Below, in pieces: positions 27,258 through 38,555 of a DNA stretch of 64,000 nt. The stretch spans positions 62,001-126,000 of the forward strand of contig JAVKOQ020000116.1 of NCBI GenBank assembly GCA_031835245.2. Reading direction: 5' to 3'. This DNA comes from Balamuthia mandrillaris. Lineage: Eukaryota. The stretch's first letter is position 1; each line of letters starts with the position of its first letter. The position numbers were made by a program, and so were the translations under genes. The notes under the pieces were generated by a model. The model worked only from the letters and a program-made list of their open reading frames with translations. It did not search any database and was not told the DNA's origin.

Positions 27258-28299
27258 ATGAGGTGTGGTCATGCGGCGAAGGAGAAGGGCGGCCTGGCCG
27301 CTCGCTGCTCTTCAAACAAACGAAAGAGGGAGGGGCCTTGCCAATGTTGGCTTCAGCTTCAAGAACAACAGCGGAGTAACGGAGGGGGGCTCAGCGCACA
27401 AGACGAGAATGCTCCTTTTGCTATGGCATTAAAGAGTGCGTGGAGCAAAGATGAGGCGGCATACAAAGACGCGACGAGCCCTCAGAAAAACTGCCTGCTG
27501 ATGAACGGCCCAAGCAAAAAGAAGGCCAGGAAACTTACTCTGGCAGAGAAACAAGAGGAGCTATGCAAAGAAACGCAGCAAAGAGTAGAGGCGGTATCTC
27601 GGTAGGTTGTCTTACTCCATGCAAAGAAAAAGTCTTGCTGACTTGTTTCTTTGAACATCAGCCCTATAACTTCATGCTCTTTTAGTCTACTTGCTTCTTC
27701 ATCCTTTTCTTCATCATCCACTTCAGCATCTTCTTCTTGTTCTTCTTCATCTTCTTGTTGTTCTTCTACTTCTGCTTCTTCTTCTTGTTCTTGTTCTTCT
27801 TCTTCTTCTTCTTCTTCTTCTTCTTCTTCTTCTTCTTCTTCTTCTTCTTCTTCTTCTTCTTCTTCTTCTTCTTCTTGTTCTACATCTGCTTCTGCTTCTT
27901 TGTCTTTTTGTTCTGCTGCTTCCTCTTCTTCTCGTTGGTCTGGCTGTTGCGGTGTAAGTAGAAACGGGCGGGGTCTCTCCAGAGCCAACAAAAGAAAATT
28001 ACAAGACAAGAAGAAAGAGGAGGACTCGCCAATCCACAAGCTGAACGACTCGCTGCTGTTGAACGTGTTCAGCAAGCTACCGCGGCGCAGCGACCTCAAC
28101 GCTGTCAACCAGGTGTGCCAGCGATGGCGGATGGTCGTGACCAGCCCTTCTCTGTGGCGTTGTCAACGATGCAAAGGACCCATCGTGCGTGGTCTGCGTC
28201 GATGCTTCAACTACGTTGCCGAGGATGGCAGGCATGAGATCGATGTCTTCCATGATAGAACGGTATTGCCTTCCTCCTTTGCTAGAAAATAGAGCAGAG

Positions 28300-28334
<35 letters not shown>

Positions 28335-28632
28335 AAGAGAAAGATAGCGAGAAATAATGACTAATAAGAATTACATACAGTTGGAATGTGGATGGGTATG
28401 TCCTAGCTGCTCGGAGGTATGCTGGCGGTGTGGGCGGTGCTACTGCATTCCATGCAGTAACGCACAGAAGAACAACAACCACGAGATGGAGAAGCAGGGC
28501 TGCACGACGGAGTCTCAGACCGAATGCCGAAAGCATACATGCCAACAATGCATCTTGGACTGCTCCTCTTCCTCTTCCTCTTCCTCTGCTTCTTCCTTTG
28601 GTTCTTGTTCATTCTCATCGTCGTCATCATAA
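27258..28632 (+). CDS. F-box protein with C-terminal Cys-rich zinc-binding region, spliced
   Basis: F-box IHKLNDSLLLNVFSKLPRRSDLNAVNQVCQRWRMVVTSPSLW; CQRC, CPSC..CWRC..CYCIPC, CQQC clusters. The (CTT)n tract 27700-27930 lies in an intron. Confidence 0.7.
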
Positions 28633-28747
28633 CGAGAACATGTTTACTGAAGGTGTTGTCGGTTTCTAGTTACAGTCTTATCATCAAGAGGCCTCTCTTC
28701 TCAACGACGACAGGAGAGAAGAGGGCAGAAGGGACGAGAGAGGGAGG

Positions 28748-29489
28748 TTAGGAGGAGAGGTGGCGAGCGGCCCAGAGCAGCCGCTGAAGCACAGTGAGAG
28801 CGACAAGCCCCCCAAAGAGCGTGAACAGAGGAAGCGCGTGCTGATGGAACTGGATGAAGAGGGTGTAGAAGGCGAGCGTCTCTGTGCCTTCGATCAAGCC
28901 CACTGGCATTGTCACTGTGGTTAGCTCGCCTTTGTTTTTTTGTGAGTGAGAAGATGAGGAAGAGAGAGAAAAAAGAGAGGGACACGAAAAGATTAAAATC
29001 TTTACCGGCATGCTTAGCGCCCAAAGCACGCTTCTCCAGGATGGAAGCCAACAGAAAGAGGGAAGCGGCGTTGACGAAATAGATGCCCTCCAACAAGGCC
29101 ACCGCCAGCAGCTCCCAAGTGGTCACGCTCCACCCCAACTCAACACCGCACGCCTGCTGCCCCCCTCCCTCCCTCAGATGGCTCCACACCAAAGCCACAG
29201 GGATCAGCGCATAGACCACAAAGTCAAAGATGATGTCCAGGTAACCCCCCAGATCCGACTGCTTGCGGTAGAGCCGAGCCACCACCCCGTCCAGCCCATC
29301 CAGCGCCCTGTTCAGCAGCCAGAGCAGCTGGGCGGGCGCGTAGAGGCCCTGGCAGAGGCACCACGCGCTGGCCAGCCCTGCCGCCAGGCTGAGGCCGCTC
29401 AGCTGGTTGGGGCTCAGGTATTTGCCGAGGAAGAGGGCTGTCCCTATCAACACCGTCTCCTTCACCCGCCGAAGGTACTGGTCCAACAT
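28748..29489 (-). CDS. CDP-alcohol phosphatidyltransferase family protein (YnjF-like), 2 exons
   Basis: Signature LDGLDGVVAR...SDLGGYLD...D; C-terminal GLIEGTET motif. Confidence 0.85.
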
Positions 29490-29591
29490 GCTTTTGTGTT
29501 TGTCTGTTTTTTTTTGCTTCCTCTCCTTCCTTTCCCTTCCGGTCTCTCTTGTTGTTGTTGCGTTGGTAATGCTTTGTTATAGTGCCTTTTT

Positions 29592-29638
<47 letters not shown>

Positions 29639-29707
29639 TATCTTGAGGACTTGTCCACAGATAAGAGAACCGCTAAGGTATCCACGAGTGCTAAGCAGGC
29701 ATCAGGC

Positions 29708-29752
<45 letters not shown>

Positions 29753-29803
29753 CATAATACATAGTGCTTGGCGTTCTTGCGTTCTGTTGTGGGCTTTGAG
29801 GGT

Positions 29804-31124
29804 ATGAAAGCGCAAAGGCGAAGGCGAGTCGAGCCTTTCGTCAGGGAGGCAGGCTCCTCTGCATTGCCAACTTCTACGGCAGGGCCGACCGCCGCCACAG
29901 CGTTCATCGCCGGCTGCGTTGGTCTTATTTGTGGCATCATCGCCACGACCTTTCACCACCAGACATGGTCATCTCAAGGCGCTAATGCAAAGGTCGAGAA
30001 GAGAACCGAGGATCCAGCAGAGAAAGAACAACTGGAGGAACAAAAACAACAGTTGGCCCAACAGCAGCGGGCCTTTCGAGACGCGGAAGCCTGGCGGCAG
30101 CAACTCGTGAACGAGCTCTACAAAGACGTGACGGACGATGAGTTGGACGAGGCCACGCGCTGGAAGCTACGCTCAACCTTTCTCTCCTTCGCGCTCCTGC
30201 TCGCGGGTGTCATCTCTGCCGGAGCAGGTTATTGCCTCCCTGAAGCCACGAGCCGCTCGCCTGGCAAAGGAGCTCGGCGCTGACCAGGCCTGGTCGGAGA
30301 AGAAGCAGGACGCTTTCCTCTCTTGTTACATCTACCACAGCGCCGGCATCGAGGGCAACAGCCTCAGCCTGGAGGATACCTCATTCTTTGTGGAACAGAA
30401 GAAGCTATTCGGTAGTCATGAGTACGTTCTCGGTGAGCAGAACATCATCGAAGTTCGCAACCTTTATCAAGCAATGGAGACCCTGCAACTTGTGGACCTC
30501 CTGGGTATCCTTATGACCAATGGCTCTGCCTCCTCCCTGCCATGGATGAACATCACTCCCGAGTTGCTGCTCGATAGTGTTTGGACTATCACCAGAGACA
30601 CTGGTGCACCAAGCAGGAGCCTCAGACGACACCCAGTTGCAGTGGGTGCTCAGAAAGTGGTGCTGCCAATGCCCGATGAACTCCCCATTCTCTTTACCGA
30701 GTACGTGGTCTGGATTCAAGACAGCCTCTCCGAACTTAAGCAGAAGAACAGAGCACCAACGCGCAGCATCGACATCCACGACGACCACATCGACGGCATC
30801 AGACGTGCACTTGACCTAGCCTGCGATGCTCACACTCGCTTTGTACACAGCCATCCTTTTGCTGATGGAAATGGACGTATGGCACGCTTGCTGGATGCTC
30901 TTGTCTTGCAGCGAGTGAGCTTGCCACCGCCCATGTTCTCACGACACCACCGCCAGGAGTACATGAATGCTGTCTCCGCCGCCACAATTCATGGCAACTA
31001 CGAGCCCCTGTGTCAGATGCATCTAGCGGCTGTGGTTGCATCTCTTTATGCTGTCGAGCAGCTAGTCGCTGAAGGAGACCCCTTCGCGAGTTGCAATCAC
31101 AGCCGCCAGTTGTTCGTTAATTAA
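29804..31124 (+). CDS. Membrane-anchored Fic-domain AMPylase (FICD/HYPE-like)
   Basis: N-terminal TM AFIAGCVGLICGIIATTF; autoinhibitory YHSAGIEGN; catalytic HPFADGNGRMAR. The two frames are joined by a putative intron ~30128-30227, or by a frameshift. Confidence 0.8.
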
Positions 31125-31137
31125 AGTACTGGTTTTA

Positions 31138-32659
31138 TTAGTCTACCTGCCATCCTCCTCCCCGAGATGAAGGAGAGGAAGGCGAAGTACTGTGTTCCAT
31201 CGACAAGTAATGCTGTTGTTGCGTGCTGTGTTGTTTTTGTTGCGGATGTTGCTGCTGCTGAGATCGTGAAGTCGGCGGAGATGGTGCCAAGGGATAGATA
31301 AGACCAGAAAAATGAGATGAAGAGTTGGGATGAGGCAGCAAGGGGACGCTCGGTGCATGCGGAGGCCAAGGCGAAACAGAAGAAGAAGAGGTAGCTGGCG
31401 ATGAAGAGGAGGACGGTGGATAAGGGGAGTATCTCCCACTTTCGCCTCCATCAGTCATGTACATGCTCCTCCCCCTGAAGCTCTCCCGCTCTTCCAAGTG
31501 ATCGTGCCGCCGCTCATGTGTCTCGTGCTGTGATTGTGGATGATGTTGGAATTGTTGATCGAGATGAGGTCTATCTCTGTCCCGTTCTTCCATTATGTGA
31601 CCTCTGCTATAACCTTCGTTGCTACTATTGTGATTGTACATGTGAGAGTGGGAGTGAGGATGAGAGTGAGCAGGCGGGTGGCCGTAGTAGTGGTGATGTC
31701 CACTATCAACACCAGCAGAGAAAGAAGAAGAGGGAGGTAGTCCTGAATAACCTGACAACGAAGGAAGGTACTCATGCAGTTCTATATTACGTGCACTCGC
31801 CATTCCTAAGACCTGCCCTTCTCTTCCTTCTGCCTCTTCCAAAGATGCTCTTCGATAATAGTCAGCCTTGTTGTTGCTAACATACCGTTCCGTCATGCTT
31901 CCATCTCCCCCTAAAATGTGATGGTGGTCGTTGTTTTTGTTGTTGTTATTGGAAGATGGGGATGTAGAAGGAGAAGTGATAGAGGCATGAAACGGTTGCA
32001 ACAAAGACTGCAACTGGCTGCTATCCAACGCAGCAGTAAAGGAGGAGCCTCCCGCCCCAGAAGCGTTCCTCCTGTTCCTAGTGATGGCAACAACTTGGTT
32101 GACGAAGTCTCTGAGATAAGCGAGCTGCTCCTTTATGAGTCTGTTCTCAATTAGCAACAGTCTCTCCTGCGAGAGGAACTGCGCATTGTGGCTTTTCAGT
32201 TCCTCCACCCTCTTTTCCAAGTCCTTGATGTACTGCTTCTGTCTGCGTCGGAACAGCTGCGCTGCCTTTCTGTTCCTTTGCAACCTAGGTTGAACAAAAA
32301 AACCAATGAATCCAACAACACCCAACAACCGTTCAACAGCAACCATGTGGTAATAATAACAAAAATAGAGTCTTTAAAGATGAAAAAAGAAAAAAAAAGA
32401 AACGCTCACGTACCTCTTTTCAACCCTCTCGTCAGGTTCGCTGCGTTCATGCACATCTCTTGTTTCCTGCATTTTAAAAAAAATCCATGGAGGAAACAAT
32501 AAAGATGACCAATGCAAATCAGATCTCATTTTTTTGGGCTTCCATATGGAAGAGATTTGACGAAAAGTTGAACTTACTTACGTTTGCTTCATCTTCAATG
32601 GAGGGAGGCGTTGATGCAGCAACGGCAGCGGTAACGCCTTGTCTGGGGCGCTTTGACAT
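31138..32659 (-). CDS. bZIP transcription factor, spliced
   Basis: Basic region RLQRNRKAAQLFRRRQK followed by leucine zipper LEKRVEELKSHNAQFLSQERLLLIENRLIKEQLAYL; low-complexity His/Ser/Gln tail. Confidence 0.85.
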
Positions 32660-33483
32660 GATGTAGCAGCGTGCGGCAGGATCGGTTTGAGGGGGGAATG
32701 GGGGGGGGCCACCTCCACCACCACTCCCAAAGGTTAGCAGCGGTCGTGCTGGCAATTTTTTTTTTTGTGTTCTGTAACTTGCGAGGTTGTTTGGCCGTTT
32801 CGCTGCAGCGCCCCGCCAGAGGGGATGTCCTTGGCGAAGAGGTGAGGGTGAGAGTGAGGGGTGAGGAAGGAGAGAGAGGAGAGAGGAGAGAGGAGAGAGA
32901 GGGAGAGGACGTGGTCTGTGCACCTTCTGCTTGCTATTTTGTGTTCCTTTTTTTGTTCTTCTGGTTCAAAAGCGTAGTCATGTGATCACCCTGACGGAAA
33001 GGTTACGTCGCTTGTGCGAGAATTTACTTGTCCGGAATCATTAAAACCGCTTTTATGGAAATACCTGTAGTAACGTGTTTCCTTTTGCGAACATAGCAAC
33101 CAATAGCGAAATACTAGACATTTCTATTATAGGAAAAAAGCGCAAGAAAAATGTCAGAAAAAAAGCTACAACTGCCACCGATTGTTTTCAAGTCAAAAAC
33201 AATCGGCCCCTCACCCCAAAAACAAAGATGCAGAGAAGAAAAGGAAACTCTCAGATGGCTCTTTTAGACAAGGAGCCGTCAAGGACCTCTTCCATGCACC
33301 GACAAGGAGCGCCTTACTGTGATGCTTGTCCTTGATTCATCGAGTCCAAAATGTCGGTTTTGTCCATCCGGTTTCGCTCAAAAAATAATTATAAATTGAA
33401 CTGTCACAATGCTAAACGTGTTTTTATTTAATAAACTTTGTTCTATGTTGTCCAGACAGTGTTGTTTTCCATCTCGGGCTAGT

Positions 33484-34600
33484 TTACAGCGGCAACTCAA
33501 AGCTGACGTTGAGTTTGGCTTCCTCCGCCATGTCCATGATCTTGGCCACCTTGACGGCTTTCTTGGCGGCGTCGTCCAAATCGCTGGCGGCAATGATCCT
33601 CAAGCCGCTGTTCTCCAGAATGTCAACGGCCTCTTTGACGTTGGTGCCTGCCAAGCGGACCACCAACGGGATCTTCAGGTCCAACAACTTGACGGCGTTC
33701 AAGATGCCGTAGGCTATGATATCACAACGCATTATACCACCAAAGATGTTTACAAGGATGGCTTTCACCTGTATCAAATTATAATTGCAACAAACTCATA
33801 TTAGATCTTACAAAGACGGACGGAGAGAGGAGAGGAGGCAGAAAAGAGAAGAGAAAAAAGAGCGAGAGAGATTGATCTGTACATTTTTATCGGAGTTGAA
33901 AATCTTGAAAGCCTCTGTGACCTGCTTTTCAGTGGCACCACCACCAACATCCAAAAAGTTGGCAGGCTCTCCACCCGAAAGCTTAATCATGTCCATAGTG
34001 GCCATGGCGAGACCAGCTCCGTTTACTAAACAACCAATGTTACCATCCAATTGAATGTAGTTGAGGCCAAACTCCGAGGCGTGCACCTACATGGTGTCAT
34101 TGGTGTGTGTGTGAGAGAGAGAGAGAGAGAGAAGAGTGAAGAGAGGAAGAGAAGAGGGGGTTCAGAACGACAACACGCGAAAGAGGGGAGGGAGAAAGAG
34201 GTAGAGATCATAATACCTCTCTCCAATCCTCCTGGGTTTTATCTCTCATAGCTTCAATCTTGGGTTGTCGGTAAAGAGCATTGGCATCAAAATTGATCTT
34301 TGCATCAAGGGCGACCACTGCAAATGTTGTGGTTGCACGTTTCGTTAGAAAAGCACAACATTTAAAAAGAGATTTGTCAGTTGAAGTACTTGCCATCTCC
34401 TACATGGCTTTCAACCAAGGGATTGACTTCCACTAATGTACAGTCGTATTTGATGAAGAGATCATACAAGCGACGAGTAACATCTGCTGCCTGTGTTCTC
34501 ATTTTCGAGCTGTTGAAGCCCAATTTAACAGCTATCTCGTCGCATTGAGCGTCCGTAATGCCAGTAGTTATGTTGATGGGCACCTACCGAGAGAGAAAGA

Positions 34601-34632
<32 letters not shown>

Positions 34633-35645
34633 TGTCGGAGGAGCATTAGCGATTACTCTGAATAAAAGGTGAGAGCAAGAGAGAAACCTTAAAGATGCTG
34701 TTAGGATGCTCTTTCGAGAGAGTCTCAATATCAGAGCCTCCTTTTGCGCTACCTACAACTACAGGGCCATTAGCGGCTCTGTCCATAAGCAATCCGAAGT
34801 AAGTCTCCCTTCTTATGAACATCCTTTCTGCGATGTAGACCTTGGGGCAGATCTTGCCCTCAGGGCCTGTCTGCTTGGTGAATATCTTGTGTCCGATCAT
34901 CTTGCCGGCAATCTCTTGTGCTTCCTCCGGCCTTTGGAATGTTAGAAATGAAAATCTTACTCCGGGAGCAAAGAAGAAGCATAACGGCAGAGAAAAACGA
35001 AAACACGAAAAGAGAGAAAGAGTGCGAAAGAGACGAGGAGAGAACGACGAAGAGAACATGCGAACGAGAGCGAGAACGAGACAATTAGAGACTAAAGGGG
35101 AAAAAAGCAACGTACGTGGAACAAATGTGGACTCCTCCTTTGAGACCACTGTCAAAGAAACCCAAGCCGCGTCCACCAGCCAGCACTTGCGCCTTTACAA
35201 TTACATCCGTTGGGCCTGAACACACTCAGAAAAGAAAGTGAAGTAAAAAGTTAGTTGGGCTGCCCAACCCAGAAACATTCCTGAGCTTATTCTCCCTTGG
35301 TTCTACCTTCTGGTTGTTTTGCAAAGAACGAGGAGGCAACGTCGCGAGCCTCCTCCGCAGAAGAGGCAGGCTTTCCGTTGGGCACGCGGATCCCCATTTC
35401 TCTCATCAACTCTTGGCCTTGGTACTCATGAATGCTCAGCTGTCTTCTCTGCTGTTGAGGGTTGAACTCGAACCGACCGGCGCTGTTCGTCACGCGAGTG
35501 CTCTGTAAAGAGGACACAAACAAGTTTGTGAGTGTGCTTTTGTTTTTTTTTTTGAAAAATCGAGTTTGACAGAACCCAATATGAAACTTGGAGGAGATCC
35601 CGAAAAAAAAAAACAAGAGGAATGCGCACAAGAGAAAGAAGCAAA

Positions 35646-35676
<31 letters not shown>

Positions 35677-35859
35677 GAGCGAGAGAGAGAGAGAGCGAGA
35701 GAGAGAGAGAAAGAGAAAGAGAAAGGAGAATGAGGGAGAAGAGAAATAAATAACCTGCTGAAGGAGGAGCGAAGAGCGCGACAACGGCGAGCTCATGGTT
35801 CGCATCCCTCCCCAAAGAAGAGACGGTCCGTTGGACAAGACGTGTCGGGGCAGTGCCAT
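33484..35859 (-). CDS. sucC: Mitochondrial succinyl-CoA ligase beta subunit, spliced
   Basis: Presequence then [54 protein letters not shown]. Confidence 0.95.
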
Positions 35860-36170
35860 GTTGCGAGGGAAGGGGAAATAAGTTTTGCTGGGAGAGAGAC
35901 GACGAAAGGGGCTTTTTTTTGTTTTCCTCTCTTTTGTTGCAATGAAAAAAAATTGGCCTGCGCGAGGGCTCATTGCCGAAGATTACAAAAAAAAAACTTC
36001 AGCCCGGTGGGGATCGAACCGCTTCCTGATTTTTCTGTTCGATAATCGTCGAAACTTATTCGGAACGCGATATATTATCGACAAACCGCGATCAAAAATC
36101 GAACAAACACATAAGTTTCCTTTTGTGCGGCATAGCAGACGTTTCGAGAGAAAGAAACGAGGGGAAGAGG

Positions 36171-37594
36171 ATGGAGCGCCATGGCCCGGACATTGGCAAA
36201 GGGAACGGTTGCAAGCCTGCCCCTTCGGTGCCTCCGGTGGAGCTGGACATCAGCACGAGGGAGGATACATCCTCTAAAGAGGAGTTGCTGGAGGCGTCTC
36301 CTCCACTCAGACAAAAGGTCAGCCGAAGAAAGAAGTTTGGCAAGAAAAAGACCAAACGAACTCAGGAAGGAGCTTCTATTCCCGAGAGATGCCAAGCGGA
36401 TAAGGAAGAAAAAGAGGAAAGCGAGGACGGAGAAGACCTTTTGTCCCTGATGGACTTTTTGAGGACCACAAGCCCTACATCAGCGCGTCGTCGAGACCAG
36501 GATTCAGCACCAACTCGAGCTGCAAGAAGCAACAGCACCACACATGCGGGTAAAAAGATTTTCTCCGTCTTTGGAAGATCAAAAAGCGAAGCTATGAACG
36601 GGCAACATTTGGAGGCTTTTCCCTACCGTGGCAAATGGAGACGGAAAGAGCGAGCAAAGGTGAACAAGGCGGCGGCAACGAGAGAACGGTCCAACACCAT
36701 GATAACACCAAGCCTTTCCAGCCCAAGCCTTGGAGAAGTTATCACCAGGGGTCGCAGCACGTCCTGTATGTATCTCTCTTCGATGTTACCTTCTCTGTTG
36801 GCTCTATAAGGGCTTACCTGTGTTCACACGAAGCTGCTGATGGAATGTCATACGATATTGCCAAGCTGTGCCTATCTGATAGCAGGCTTACCGCCGTTCA
36901 CAAGGACTTTCCGGAGAGTCCTCCCGCTGGAGAGGTCCTCTCTCCAACCGTCGTGCGGTCTCACATCTCCAAGGAAGCCTTTGACCGCGCCAACAGCAGC
37001 AATAACAATGACAACACCATCAATTTGCGAGAAGAAAGCTTGGCTCGAGTCTTTCACTCTGCACCCATTCTGACTGGTCTATCTCCTAGAAAGAGGAAGA
37101 AACCCAAGAAAACGTTGAGCAGAACAAAACAAAAACACAACAAGCAACAACGAGACAAGGAGAACAATCCCAACTCTCCACCCAGAAAGGTCGACAGTAA
37201 GGTACAGCTGTTGAAGGGTCTGAGACTGCGTGAAGAAAAAGGAGGTGGCGCAGTCGAGTATCCTGCTGATGAGTTGAGCCTGTTGGAGTTTGTGTATCTG
37301 TTGGAGCAGGAGATAATTGCAGAGGAGGAGCTTGAAGAAACGTGCAAAGACCACGAGGAACTGCAGCGGCAAAGGCAACAGCTTCGAGATCGTGGCATAT
37401 GGGAAAGGAGCCCCTCCGCCAACTCTTTGACAACAACCAGACAGTACGACGACAACGGATATGGTGGCGATGATGGCACGGAGGAGGAGAATGCTGTCCA
37501 TTCATTGGAGGAATGCACGACTGTTGGCCAAGCCCCCGTTGCTATCTGCATGGACAGCATGCTGCTGGTCTCAACGCCTCTTCAAAGAGTTTAA
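36171..37594 (+). CDS. Hypothetical low-complexity protein, probably 2 exons
   Basis: Two long overlapping-frame ORFs (36123-36809, 36635-37594) joinable by a short GT-AG intron near 36766-36810; no recognisable domain. Confidence 0.5.
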
Positions 37595-37660
37595 ATATTT
37601 CTGCTATTGTGTGTTTGTTTTTGCAGCTGTACATTAGTTTCAAGTGTAGATACACCGTTT

Positions 37661-37701
<41 letters not shown>

Positions 37702-37706
<5 letters not shown>

Positions 37707-38356
37707 ATCCTCGCTTGCGTTTGCTGCCAGCCAAAGATGGTCCCACACTAGAAGAAGGAACAGAGGCAGTGATCTTCTCCTCTCCTCTGTTCTTCCAGTG
37801 ATTATGTTGAGCAGCCGTTCTATATGCACGGTAGTAGAGATCCTTTTCAAACTTGACGAGGGTGGAGAGGAAGGCCGGGTCTTCCTTGCTCCAGTGAACT
37901 GCTTTGTCGATGATCGGCAGGAAACGTGCGCCAAATGTCTCAACCATAGCTTCACAAACTTCCGAAGGATTTCTTCCTTCCACTCTTGCAAGTCTTAGTT
38001 TTGTAGATGGAGATTAGTTTTTTTAGAAGAAGAAATGGAGCACCGAGAAAAAGAAAAAAGAGAAAATATAGAAAAAAAAACAATAACAAAGCAACCACTT
38101 ACAAGCTTGCAACCTTCAGGCCGAGTTCATAGTAGTGCGGACTGATGCGTTGCAATTGTGTGGAGCTATTATGGGCGACCTTGAGCGCCTTTGGCAGCTC
38201 CATTTGAACGTAACCTTCCGTCATGAGCTCCTCCACCAGCCAAAAGGGCATGTCCTGCACGTCCCCCTCCTCCGCAACCCCCATGTCGCACAGCAGCTTC
38301 ACGGCCACGCGCTCTTCCTCCGCCAGTATGGCCTCCAGAGAAAAATAGTCCGACAT
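37702..38356 (-). CDS. GINS3: GINS complex subunit 3 (Psf3), 2 exons
   Basis: MSDYFSLEAILAEEERV...MPFWLVEEL...SPHYYELG; second exon ETFGARFLPIIDKA...FEKDLY. Confidence 0.85.
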
Positions 38357-38555
38357 GTGCTTCTTCTGCTTCCTCCTCCTCCTTCCCTCCTCCTCCTCTA
38401 TATCCTTCTTTTCGCCTTTCTTTCTGGCCTCCACCGAGGCGAGTCTCTCCCTCCTATATTTTCCTCTCTTTTTCGGTTGAGAATTTTGGCGGGAAAAACC
38501 TGTCTACAAAAATTCCCACAGCACTTTTTTCCTCCCTAACGCATCGTCACAATAA

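Noticed and set aside
31980..32060. IRE1-type unconventional intron in the bZIP mRNA (Hac1/XBP1-like)
   Set aside because: A CTGCTGC occurs after the zipper, but I could not build the two flanking CNGCNG stem-loops, and the ORF is already continuous.
35960..36080. Complete tRNA gene
   Set aside because: Only a B-box-like motif; no cloverleaf can be built.
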